Below, piece by piece: positions 51,055 to 64,000 of a stretch of 64,000 nt of DNA. Under the pieces are notes generated by a model. That model saw only the letters and a program-made list of their open reading frames with translations. It had not been told where the DNA came from and ran no database searches. The stretch lies in the NCBI RefSeq assembly GCF_006345805.1, contig NC_043000.1, forward strand, positions 107,136,001 through 107,200,000. The letters run 5' to 3'. This DNA comes from Octopus sinensis (lineage: Eukaryota). Numbering within the stretch: the stretch's first letter is position 1; the number at the start of each line of letters is the position of its first letter. Made by a program: the position numbers and the translations under genes.

Positions 51055-51333
51055 ACTGACCACGTGATATATGTTGTTACACATTGCTGGTCACAATGCG
51101 TTCGCATTGTTTTAGCCTTCGAATGACGCCACCCCGCTGGCCAACAGAAGAAAGAGTACAACAGGGATCACCACCCCCTGCCCGAGCCTCGTGGAGCTTT
51201 TAATGTGTTTTCGCTCAATAAACACTCACAACGCCCGGTCTGGGAATCGAAACCGCGATCCTACGACTGCGTGGCCATATATATATCTATATATAACCAC
51301 TGGGCCATATATATATCTATTCCATGTGCGCGC

Positions 51334-51624
<291 letters not shown>

Positions 51625-52123
51625 GCGCGCACATGGAATAGACACATACATACATGAATAATGAAACACATACATACATACGCGCATACATACATACATA
51701 CATACATATATACATACATACATACATACATACTAGTGTACTATGGTATACTAGAGAGACATGCACTCGTTATTACATGACAGCAACGTAGAAAATGGAT
51801 TTTCGTCGGTTTTGATGATGATCGTTCAGTTCGATCAACTGCACTGCATGACCATTGAATTAGCGTGTAAGTGGCTGTGTATACCAAAGACACACACATA
51901 CGCTTAACGCCTATGTACTCTTTTACTTGTTTCAGTCATTTGACTGTAGCCATGCTGGAGCACCGCCTTTAGTCGAGCAAATCGACCCCAGGACTTTTTC
52001 TTTGTAAGCCTAGTACTTATTCTATCGGTTTCTTTTGCCGAACCGCTAAGTTACGGAAACGTAAACACACCAGCATCGGTTGTTAAGCGATGTTGGGGGG
52101 GGGGACAAATACAGACACATGAA

Positions 52124-52196
<73 letters not shown>

Positions 52197-52473
52197 CATA
52201 CATACATATATACGACGGGCTTCTTTCAGTTTCCGTCTACCAAATCCACTCACAAGGCTTTGGTCGGCCCGAGGCTATAGTAGAAGACACTTCCCCAAGG
52301 TGCCACGCAGTCATGTGGTTGGTAAGCAAGCTACTTACCACACAGTTCGTATTTTTCGCAAATGCCTGGAATTGTGTTGACTCAATCCAAAATTCCTTGT
52401 CGCTTTGTTTAGGGACCAATTTGAATTCTACGAATGAAATTGAATAAATTTCAAAGAAAAACATGCGTAGAAC

Positions 52474-52572
<99 letters not shown>

Positions 52573-53196
52573 ATCTTTTTTAATCTTTTACTTGTTTCAA
52601 CCATTTGACTACGGCCATGCTGGGGCACCACCTGGAACCGCTTAAGTCGAACAAATCGATCCTATTACTTATTTTTTTTAAATCTGATATTTGTTCCATT
52701 GGTGTCTATTTTGCCGAACCACTTTTAGTTTCCGTCTACCAAATCCGCTTCCGCTGACAAGGCTTTGATCGGCCCGTGGGCTATAGTGAAAGACACTTGC
52801 TCAAAGTGCCACGTAGTAGGACCAAACCTGAAACCATGTAGTTGAGAAGCAAGCTTCTTATCACACATATATGTAATCATGCTGCTTAACCACCATCAAG
52901 ATACTAAAAGCCAGTTGTTAGAACTGAAAATATAAGGGTGGGCTGAAAAATTCATTGGCTGACTATGAAGGAGTCATGCTAGAGCTGTGAAACCTTGCTA
53001 GCATTGATTTCAACACTTCTTATCAATAACTGCATTGTTCCTATCCAGCTAATCTGACATTTGACAGTTTAAAGAAGACTATGCCAACATCCTGAGGCAG
53101 TTTATCGAGACCAAATGCCAGAACAGTAATCCAGTGCACAAGATATATATATATATATATGTATGTATGTATATATATATGTGTATATATATATAC

Positions 53197-53291
<95 letters not shown>

Positions 53292-53303
53292 ATATATATA
53301 TAT

Positions 53304-53378
<75 letters not shown>

Positions 53379-53384
53379 ATATAG

Positions 53385-53416
<32 letters not shown>

Positions 53417-53446
53417 TATATATATATTATATATATATATATATAT

Positions 53447-53486
<40 letters not shown>

Positions 53487-53549
53487 ATATATATATATAT
53501 CTTGTGCACTGGATTACTGTTCTGGCATTTGCTCTCGATAAACTCGATA

Positions 53550-54895
53550 TATATGTATGTATGTATATATATAAATAAATAAATGGAGTTGAACGAAGAT
53601 GTTAACAAAATTCCTTTACTCTCGACATATGTTTCGAAGACAACATGGTTTCATTCCAAAGGAATAAACGGTGCAAGATGCAATCTTCTCATCAGGAAAG
53701 AAAGGGGGCCTTTCTCAACAAGACAAACAAACATTGCGATGACTGCCTACATGGTAAACAAAACGATAAGAGGTGTTTTAAAAAAACCGTTAGTAGAGTT
53801 GATGTCAAAGTTGTATAGAGGAAGAGAAGGGTTAAAGGAATAATAGGTAGGGAACAAGTGGAGAGGGAAGGGTACGTTGATTAAAAGAATGTTCAAAGGC
53901 TTAAGAAAGGATTTCGCTATTGAAGTGGAGTGCATGTTAAGCTAATTGTTCAAACCACAATGACTATCGTAATCATTTATATGAGTAAAAAGTATGTTTC
54001 TGCCAGTGTTTGCATTTGTACAATTTCTCTATGAGTGTGTTTACAAGGGGAACCTTAGAGAAGAAAATATGGAAGAGTTCAGAGTTGCAAATGTTACAAA
54101 ATCTTCGGCCTTTATCAAAGGGAAAGGATACAGACAGTATGAACCAATCTAACTTATATTATTGTCTTTAAGACGCCAAACTAATTTACTTAGCCCTGTA
54201 CTATGTCGTTTTTTACTATCTCTGAATGTTGAATAATGGTTTGAAATTCTCTTGGATAACTGGGAAGTGGACGCTCCTATATAGAAGAAGACATCGGTAC
54301 CGGAAGAAATTCTACACGGGTAAATAGAATTCTTAATCTTAGAATTACTAGACAAAAATTTAATTCTGTTGGGGTTGTCCTCCGAGATCTAAACGAAGTT
54401 TTTACTGCTATGATTGTTGTTAGTATTATTACTAGCGCCACCAACAACACTATTCCTATTATTGTTAGTATTATTAATGGTAATACAACCAATAATATAA
54501 TCAACAATAATAGCGTTATTGTTATTACCATTAACATTACCATTGTTATTAACACGACTATTACTATTATTATTATTGTCATTGTTAACACTATCACTAC
54601 TACCATTGCTGTTACTATTAATACTATTCCTATTATTATGATTGTATGATGGGTTGGAATTAGCGCAAGATTAATGCTGGAACTCCCGGGTGAAGAACCT
54701 TTATTTAGCAGCTTGGTATTGTGAGAAGATATAATTTGTGAAAGGTTTCTAGTGTCAGAGAAAGCGATTCTAACTATGTGGGAATTGATAATAGAATAAT
54801 ATCTAGAATTTTTGGGATAGTTCCTAGCAACGACTTAACGGAACTGCAAGGGAAGGTTCGATTTAATTTGTTTTCCGAAAGGTATTACGAACCAG
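53550..54895 (-). mobile_element. Penelope-like retroelement, 5'-truncated and frameshifted, with GIY-YIG endonuclease and 3' repeat
   Basis: Minus-strand peptides WFVIPFGKQIKSNL...NYPKNSRYYSIINSHIVRIAFSDTRNLSQIISSHNTKLL, NSIY...FFYIGASTSQLSKRISNHYSTF...STGLSKLVWRLK and WFIL...CNICNSE...KCKHWQKH follow the PLE C-terminal order; ORF stop at 53973. Confidence 0.85.
53613..53705 (-). ncRNA. Type I hammerhead ribozyme
   Basis: Core CUGAUGA (53695-53689), GAAAC (53635-53631) and GUC cleavage triplet (53626-53624); stems I, II and III all pair. Confidence 0.8.
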
Positions 54896-55099
54896 ATATA
54901 TATATATATATATATATATATATGACGGGATTCTTAATCCACTCACAAGGCTTTGGTCGGCTCGAGGCTATAGTAGAAGATACTTGCCCAAGGTGCCACG
55001 CAGTGGGACTGAACCCGGAACCATGTGGTTGGTAAGCAAGCTACTTACCACACAGTCACTCCCACGCCTACATACACACACACACACACACACACACAC

Positions 55100-55185
<86 letters not shown>

Positions 55186-55527
55186 TATGCCTGTGTGTGA
55201 GTGGTGTCTATATATGACTTATTCATATATAGATATACATTTGTATGTACGTTGATCGGAACACATTCCGACCGATCTAATCTGAAGCGCAATGCCAATA
55301 AATAGTTAAGAAGATTAGCTTAGATAAGATGCACAAATAAAAAGACAGATAAATTGATAACGAAATAATTAAATAATTATGTTTATGTACAAGAGAGTGT
55401 ATATGTATGTATATATATGTGTGTGTGTGTATATATATACATACATATAATATATATATATATACATACATATATATAATATATATGTATACTTATACAT
55501 ATGCATATATATATATATATAATATAT

Positions 55528-55574
<47 letters not shown>

Positions 55575-55847
55575 GTATGTATGCATGTAGAAGGTTGAAA
55601 AGGAACACACAAGTTGATATATATATATATAAGGCAAATAAGACAAGATAGAAAATGCTAAAATAATTTTCTCATGAAGAACGTTTTAGTACCGGTTTCA
55701 GTCATTGCAACATTTTCAACTTAGAGTAAAGTATGAAAAACAATTAAATTGTGGAAAAATTAAATGAGATGTTTTTTCTTTAAATATATTTTCATAGTTT
55801 TCAAATAGTTTTCCTTCTTTCTGCCTGTCTTTGTCTCTCTTTTTTAA

Positions 55848-55913
<66 letters not shown>

Positions 55914-56238
55914 TGTACAATATATAGGAAGGATCTGAATGAATAAGTACAAGGTAGCTAAATGTTGCTTAAATGTCCAAGCAAACAATGGATCCACTTG
56001 TGTGGGATTTTGAAGCTGGAGACAAGCAAGACGTATTTAGGAGAAAATAGGGGAAAGAGAAAAAGGAGACAAACGCTCAAGATGTTATTAAATCATTAAA
56101 ATCTTCATATTTCCTACACATGTTTCGATGGAAACATCCAAAATACGTCCAGCAGGATGAATAATGGTCAGCTATTTATCAATCTCTTTAGGGGGGGATA
56201 TAAATAACAGTACCCATCATATATATTATATATATATA

Positions 56239-56592
56239 CTAGCAGTATCGCCCGGCGTTGCTCGGGTTTGTAAGGGAAATAACTATAAAGAATTTTTAGA
56301 GAGTTATAGCCAAAAAATGGGAAAAAACTGATAGTAAATTTTTTTTTTAGTTAAAAAGGTCGAGTTGCGTCCCCTAGACAGTCTGTGGTTTGTGTTTCTG
56401 ATTCTCGACCCCATGTCGAATTTATCGATTTTTTCAGAACTGGGGGAACTTTTCAAAATTTTCGCTGCGTTAGTTTTGAATTATGACATTGGGATATGTA
56501 TGTGTCAAGTTTCATCAGAATCGGTTGAAAGCCGTGGTCAGGGTGAGGGTACAACCTAACAGACACACAGAAACACACACAGACAAACTGAG
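56239..56592 (-). mobile_element. Second Helitron-like family sharing the same 3' end
   Basis: CTAGCAGTATCGCCCGGCGTTGCTCGGGTTTG is the reverse complement of the family-1 3' terminus; the body is unrelated. Confidence 0.65.
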
Positions 56593-56914
56593 ATACGTGC
56601 ATGGATGAATGTGTGTGCATGACCACATGCATGGAAGTGCATATGTATAAATAGACGAAGAAATAATGAGGAGTGTATATAAGTAAGTCAGAGTCAGAGG
56701 GAAACAGACAAACTGGCTGATAGATAGGTACCTGGGAAGAGAGATATAAAATGGATAGAGAGAGAGAAGGGACAGAGAGACAAATATTGAGTGAATCACA
56801 GGAAGTAGACCGTACACAAGTTTATGAAGAAATAAATGAATGTCAATGAGTTACCATGAGATTATGGAAACACACATTTCTCTCTCTCACTCTCTTATGT
56901 GTGTGTGTGTGTGT

Positions 56915-56955
<41 letters not shown>

Positions 56956-57244
56956 TGTGTGTGTGTTATGTGTTTGATTCTCTGTGTGCTTTTCGCCCGT
57001 TATATGGTAACAAAGAACTTTACTTCTTAATCACATGGATCCAGGTTCAGTCCCATTGCGTGGCACCCTGGGCAAGTGTCTTCTTCTATAACCTCGGGCT
57101 GACCAAACCTACTCACAAAAACTTATAGAAGACTGCCGTGTGTGTGTGTGTGTGTGTGTATCCTACAACCACTTAACAACCGATGCTGGTGTGTTTACCG
57201 TCCCTATAACTTAAACATAGAATAAGACTGCAACAAATGAAAAG

Positions 57245-57470
57245 TACGAAGGACTACTGAAAAGTTCCTGGCTTTGGATAAAACAAAATACAAGAGGATC
57301 AGTTAATTACGATTTTATTCAACATATTCTCCTCTCAGATTCACACACTTATAGTGGCAGTCCTTCAGTTTTTCTAAGCCCTGTAAAAGAATTTGGAAGG
57401 GTAGACCCCCCAACTAACCAGGCCTTTAGCGATACTCTTCAGGTCAGGATCTTTTCAGCAGTCCCTCGTA
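57245..57470. mobile_element. Tc1/mariner-derived MITE
   Basis: TA-CGAAGGACTACTGAAAAGTTCCTG...CAGGATCTTTTCAGCAGTCCCTCG-TA; body similar to the copy at 38683. Confidence 0.75.
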
Positions 57471-57642
57471 AACGATAAAATATATAGATATATTCTTCCT
57501 TTAATAGACACAGGGTTTGAGTTTGAGCTACTGTTAGTTTCATGCTGTATGAAATTAATAGCAGCTCAATTTTAAATGATATGTATCTCTCATTGGATGG
57601 AGTATGTTTTTTGTTGATCTCACCAATAACGAAACAGTGATT

Positions 57643-57680
<38 letters not shown>

Positions 57681-57833
57681 CTATGTGCTTGATTCTCTGT
57701 GTGCTTTTCACCCGTTATATGGTAACTTTCACCTAATTAAATACACTCTGCCTTACTTAAATTATTTTGTCAGCATTTTCTTCATTTCCTTTTTTTATAT
57801 ATCACAACTCGTGTTCCACATCTCCTTTTTTAA

Positions 57834-57873
<40 letters not shown>

Positions 57874-57876
<3 letters not shown>

Positions 57877-58070
57877 TGTACTTGCATAGCGAGTGACTTG
57901 ATCTGAGATCGTGTGCTGGAACGAAAACAATTGCAACGTGGAAGGTGTTTATAAGCCATTTAAGAAACACACAAAACCGTTAGATTCACTTCAACACTTA
58001 AATTTAATTTGTCAAAATATTTTCGACGCTTTGAGACCGCGACCTGTTCACTGACAAAACTTCGCGCTGC
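57874..58070. mobile_element. Half copy of the same foldback MITE
   Basis: Reverse-complement match to 1097-1290; bounded by (GA)n and (TA)n. Confidence 0.8.
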
Positions 58071-58074
58071 ATCT

Positions 58075-58174
<100 letters not shown>

Positions 58175-58627
58175 GTACAGCAGGGTTCGCCACCACCCCC
58201 TACCGGAGCTTCGTAGATCCTTAGGGGTTTTCGCTCAATAAACACTCACTGTTGTCTGGTTAAATCTGTTCGTTTCCATTCGTTATAAAATTTCTTTGGT
58301 ATCTAATCCATCACCACCCGTCTCACTAGTGCATAGAACATTAATCTCTAGTTGATTTCTCCGATTTTGAACTTTCTTTGCTTCTCCAACGTGTTTTCAG
58401 ACTCTCTAAGAATGTGGCCGCGATAAAATGAGATCTTATAAAATAACAAAATAGTGTTACTACAGATTAGTCAATTCAACTGAAAGAAGAGGAATCATTC
58501 AGAGATTTCATAAGAGTCAATTTCGAGCACGAACTTTCCAAAATATTTCTTACATTGTTGACTACCGCTATGCGGATATGGAAGAGAATATTGAAGGAAC
58601 GGAGACCGACATTTCGTAAATGCGCTA

Positions 58628-58656
58628 GACATGGAAACAGTTGGAAATGTGTGTGT

Positions 58657-58706
<50 letters not shown>

Positions 58707-58926
58707 TGTGTGTGTTTGTGTGTTTGTGTGTGTGTGTGTGTGAGTGTGTATGTGAGAGTGTGTGTTTGTGTGTGGTGTGTGAGAGAGAGAGTGTGTGTTT
58801 GTGTTTGTGTGTGTGTGTGAGTGTGTGTGTGAGAGTGTGTGTGTTTGTGTGTGTGTGTGAGTGTGTGTGTGAGAGTGTGTGTGTTTGTGTGTGTGTGTGT
58901 GTGTGGTGTGTGTGTGTGTGTGTGTA
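58628..58926. repeat. Compound (GT)n/(GA)n microsatellite
   Basis: Seen directly. Confidence 0.95.
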
Positions 58927-61057
58927 CGGTGATTATTCGGAAACTCGAACGACATATGAGCGTTTAGTTAGAAAACTGGAAGTGTTGTTACTGAACAATT
59001 TATTTAAAGTGGAGTAAGACGTGTACACAACTTAACCCAATCTCTTCTCTTGTGTATATAGCTTGAACTGCTGCATCATATATCACGTGCCAAACACAAA
59101 AGGACTCATAACTACGGATGGTAAGGATGCAAAACCCAAACAGATCGATGCTTATCTCCCTTACCGCTGCAGTTTACATATGTGTAAGTTCCCTTTGCAG
59201 AAGTTTCTGCAATAATCCAAGGCCTGAAATTTGTTGGGAAGAGAGACTAGTCGGCTACATCGACTGCAGTGTTTCACCGGTACTTAATTTATAGATCTCA
59301 AAAGGATAAACGGCAAAGTCGACCTCGGCGGAATTTGAACTCAGAACGTAAAGACGGACGAAATGCCGCTAAGCATTTGGCCGGGGTGCTAACGATGATT
59401 CTACCAGCTCACCACCTTAAAATTTCTTTAATAATACTAAGTATAACGTTTGGGAGAATCGCAGATAAAACTGGAATATACAAAATAATATGTGTGGCTG
59501 TAATGTGATGCATCAAACTATCTGGTGCCAAGGTTGAGATGTTTAGGGGTACATCAGTCCCAAAGTGGTCTTACAATGCACTCATTGACTATTTGGTGCA
59601 TTGGTGTGTATTAGTATGACCTCGTTTATTATTGTTAGATTGTCGTTCACCCTATACCTTTTGACAGGGTTTGTTTTTGTCCTGTTATATTTCTAGCAAC
59701 TGTCTTTGCTAGACAAGCCTGGTAAGGAGTGTCAATTTAAACACTGATGATCTGAGCATGTAACAGATGTACTGGGTTAAAAGTTTCCAGTAACATTTAA
59801 AGTGGCCTAACATAACATATAATAATATGCAGTATTTCCGTGAAGTTCATAAACATATGGTTTCTTCAGTGGCAATAAAATCCCGTTTAAGTTTTTCTAC
59901 ATCTTAAGTTGAAACTCTACCTGAGGCAACTTTGCCTTCCATTCTCTCTTAAGTCGACAATTTCCGTCTTTATCCCAGTGGAAGAAACTAAATTTATCCC
60001 ATGTATTTAGCATTTTTTATCTAGTATCTACTTCAATCCTCCTAACACCCAAGATCGTTACTACAGATCTTCCAGTAACTTAAATATATGAGGAGGCAAA
60101 GAAGCAGAGAAGATTATAATTTTTCCCTCTGCTGATAGACCAACTAACTCACCATCGTCTTAATACTGATTGCTTTTTGTTTTTTTATTCATGCCCGAAA
60201 TTTTCAGAGTATGGCCAACGGAATCTGTTACATTATATACATCTTAACCGAGCAACCTTTCCTGCTCTGTTTGATTTTACAAGATTCATATTTGACTATA
60301 AAATTAGCTGGCGTTGGGTGAAGTAAATTTACAGGTAGAGAGAATTCTGAGTAATAAGTAATTCTACTCCCTAGCCCCACCCTGTATCGCAGCTTTGGTG
60401 TGAAATAGGGAGGGGGGTAACACTGAGAGATACTTTTATGACGGCAGTATTTTTGGGTCTCCATTGTAAGCCTGTAAAGGAGACGAAGGGTGGAGACTCA
60501 AAGGCTGCTCCGCGCAGCACACACACTCGCTATGCAACTGCCTTCCTCTTTTTTTTTTTTTTTTTTGCACCAAGAAAGCTAGCTTTTTCTAATATATTTT
60601 CAAATGATAAAGTTATATATCATATATATATATATGAGATTTATAACTAGCAGAGATACCTGGCGTTGCTCGGGATTAACAACGCGTAGCTTTTTATTGC
60701 TTTACTTGTTTCGGCCCTGCGACGACGGACATGCTGCTGGAGCACTGACTTTAGTGGAAGACATCAACGTCAGGATTTATCCTTTGCAAGGCTAATACTT
60801 ATTCTATCGGTGTGTTTGCCAAACGGTTAAATTACGGGGAGGTAAACACAGCAACATCGGTTGTCAAGCGACGGTCAGGGTACAAATACAGACACACACA
60901 TACACATATATGTATATATATACGTATGTATATATATACAAATATATATGTATATATACATATATATGTACATTATACATATATATATGTATATATATAT
61001 ACTACACATATATATACGTATGTATATACACATACACATATATACATATATACGTAT

Positions 61058-61124
<67 letters not shown>

Positions 61125-61178
61125 TATACATATAGAAATATAAACATATAGAAATATAAACATATATATATATATATT

Positions 61179-61244
<66 letters not shown>

Positions 61245-61974
61245 TACACATCTATATATACATACATATATATGTACACATATATACACACATATATACC
61301 GGCAGTCATATACACATATGCATAAATATGTGTCGGGGGTGTATGCATGTTAGTGCATACACACACGCACCCATCATTTTTGTTTCAGTATTAATAGAGA
61401 AAGTATTAATACTGAAACTATTAAAACTGAAAGTATTATCTCACGTTGCAATAGAGACGTTATTGTTTCACTTTTGACTCGTAATACTGAAATAGCGTAA
61501 GAGATAAGAGATTGCACTGGACTCGCATTAGGCAAGATTTTGAATTTTTTGGGGCCCTAAGTTAGGCATATAACGTAATATAAATGTCTCATATCCATTA
61601 CGGGTAGTGATATCAAGAAAAAGAGACGCGTATGTCTCTTTTAATTTTTCGACGCCGCAAGAGGTGGCAGGCAAAATTGATTTCGACAGGATTTGAACTA
61701 AGAATGTAAACAACCGTAGCAAAATACTTCTAGGCTAAGTGCCGTCGCTCTAACAATTCAGATAATCCACCAACCTAATTAGATACGCAATAATGAGATC
61801 TCGAAGATCATTAAATTGTCTAAACTTTGTCTCACAAAATGTTTCTGTATACATTTACAAAGAAATCGTAAATCTCTCTCACACTGCTCCCCTTCTCTCT
61901 TCTTCCTACTCCTTAATAAAAATCTGTACCAATACGATACACAATCGTTGATATAAATCGTCTTCTTAATTACA

Positions 61975-62352
61975 GGTTTCAAATTTCGGCACAAGACCAG
62001 CAATTTCGAACGACAGGGTATAAGTCGATTACATCGACCCCAGTACTTATTTAATCGAACCTAAAAGGATGAAATGCAAAGTCGACCTCGGCGGAATTTA
62101 CACTCAGAACGTAAAGGCGGACGAAATACCTATTTCTTTACTACCCACAAGGGGCTAAACATAGAGAGGACAAACAAGGACAGACAGACGGATTAAGTCG
62201 ATTATATCGACCCCAGTGCGAAACTGGTACTTATTTAATCGACCCCGAAAGGATGAAAGGCAAAGTCGACCTCGGCGGAATTTGAACTCAGAACGTAAAG
62301 GCTAACGAAATACCGCTAAGCATTTTTGCCCGACGTGCTAACGATTCTGCCA
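61975..62352 (-). mobile_element. SINE family 2 partial head-to-tail dimer
   Basis: Junction gaaatac-cta-tttctttact near 62120. Confidence 0.85.
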
Positions 62353-64000
62353 GCGCTTCCTCTTCTTAATTATATTACAAATTTAAACACTTCCATGAAA
62401 AGCAGTGTGACATCTGGGATAAGTGACTTCTACGAAAGCCTCGGACGGATTTAGTAGATGGAAACTGAAAGAAGCATGTCACGCACGCGCGTTTGTGAAT
62501 GTGAGTGCGCGTATATTTGTTAGTCATCCGCCTTTTTACTAACTGCGTTGGTTTGTCTGTTACCATAACTTAGCGGTTTGGTATATCACCGATAGAATAC
62601 CTGATTTTACAAAAATAAATAAGTACTGGAGTTGATTTGTTCGACTAAACCCTACATGCCAGCAGGCCAATAACTGAAACGAGTAAAAGATAAAAAAATA
62701 CATTTATTGCCTTGCAATATTTGGTAATGTTTTCTCCGATGTTTAAAATGCTGTAGTTATTCTTCTCATAACTTTCCCTTTTGTACATTTAATTCTGAAC
62801 TGACACGTGCTTGTGGAAGCGATTATCAAAAGATAGGGGAAAGCAGCAGCAAAACAAGAATTGAAGACGTGTGAAAAAGATTCCTTGTCTAAGGGAAGTA
62901 ACTCTAATGATTCTAACAAAGATTAAAATTTGCTTTAGAGTTACCTACCTTTACATTAACGTATACGTTCGTTAAACGTAAACTTTTTTTTCTTTTTTGT
63001 GAATTCTTTGTTACAACATATTTAGCAATGGTGTAAATGCCGTTATTATTTTGAGTAGAAGCTATCAGTAATTCTCAAACACTGTACAGAAGATTTTAAA
63101 TATATAATGTAAGGCTGTAGAAAATCCATACTAGAAACGTGACCACCGTGAAAATAGAATTATTCATAATTTTGTTGTCCGCACAAGTAGCATTGATTTC
63201 AAATTTTGGCACAATGCTAGCGAGTTCGGGTAGGGAAAAAAATCGATTACATCAGTTATTTATTTTACCGACCCCCAAAAGGACGAAAGGCAAAAGTTAA
63301 CATTTGAACTCGGAACGTTAAGACGAACGAAATGCCGGAAAGCATTTTGCCCGGCGTGCTATCGATTCTGCCAGCTCACCACCTTCCATACAACCATCAT
63401 TAAATATTCTTTTCCACTCTAGGCACAAGGCCCTAAATTTTGGGAGAGGAGCCAGTCGATTAGATGCCCCCCCCTCCCCCAGTACGCAAATGGTACTTAA
63501 TTTATCGACCCCGAAAGGCTGAAAGTCAAAGTCGACCTCAGCGGAAGTATTAATATTTTTTAGATGGATTCTTAAATGTTTTTTTTTAAGTTCAAAACAC
63601 TGCTTATTTCAATGAACCACTAATATTAACTTTCCATGCGAAGTGTACCTTATTTTTTCTTTAATCTCTGTAAGCCACAGTTAAAAAATATTGAATGAAG
63701 CTCGATTTAGAGCAGTGACTCCCAACATTTTTCAGGCTGCCACCCACTTCTACCCACCCACACACTCCCCATTATAATTCAAAACACTACAGCATGTTCA
63801 AAACACTGTATTTCATAAATAAAACTTACTGTAAGAAACTAACTTTGTTGCTTTTACATCCAACGTCCCCTTTTGGCCACTCCATTATCGCCCCTTTTCT
63901 TCAACGTCACACTGAACATTTTCACACATATCCCACCACCACTTTAAGAATCATTAATTCAGAATCGCTCTAGGCTTACTTTGTATCACTAACGATAATC

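Noticed and set aside
54330-54420. Selenocysteine codon in the Penelope linker
   Set aside because: The region is frameshifted, the in-frame stop is TAG rather than TGA, and no SECIS was recognised
58470-58630. QLKEEESFRDFIRVNFEHEL as a Harbinger transposase fragment
   Set aside because: Only faint similarity over about 25 residues, with no catalytic motifs or TIRs; needs an HMM search
59744-59756. CTGATGATCTGA as a C/D snoRNA or hammerhead core
   Set aside because: Boxes are adjacent with no guide region or terminal stem, and no downstream GAAA stem

Overview
AT-rich, repeat-dense eukaryotic DNA. The SINE and MITE families present point to a cephalopod, most likely Octopus (inference). One protein-coding gene is supported: a retinoblastoma-family pocket protein of the p107/p130 type (RBL1/2) on the minus strand. 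I resolved 12 coding exons from the ATG at 46027 down to 2052, all with GT-AG boundaries and compatible phases (1553 nt, about 517 codons: RbN domain and start of pocket A). The gene continues beyond the left edge. Its promoter (about 46.4-47.2 kb) has a canonical E2F site and CCAAT boxes. The rest is tRNA-derived SINEs, piggyBac-, hAT- and mariner-like MITEs, non-autonomous Helitrons, RTE and RLE-type LINE relics, long microsatellites, a 30-bp minisatellite, a 100-N gap and a decayed Penelope-like retroelement. The most notable observations are: an apparently intact hammerhead ribozyme in the Penelope 3' repeat; a 27-nt tandem duplication and two motif substitutions in the RbN domain; several near-perfect local inverted duplications, including a 63-nt pre-miRNA-sized intronic hairpin; and a SINE dimer junction that recurs at two loci. 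I found no evidence of a wholly new multi-gene system. All homology statements come from recalled family motifs, not from database searches.
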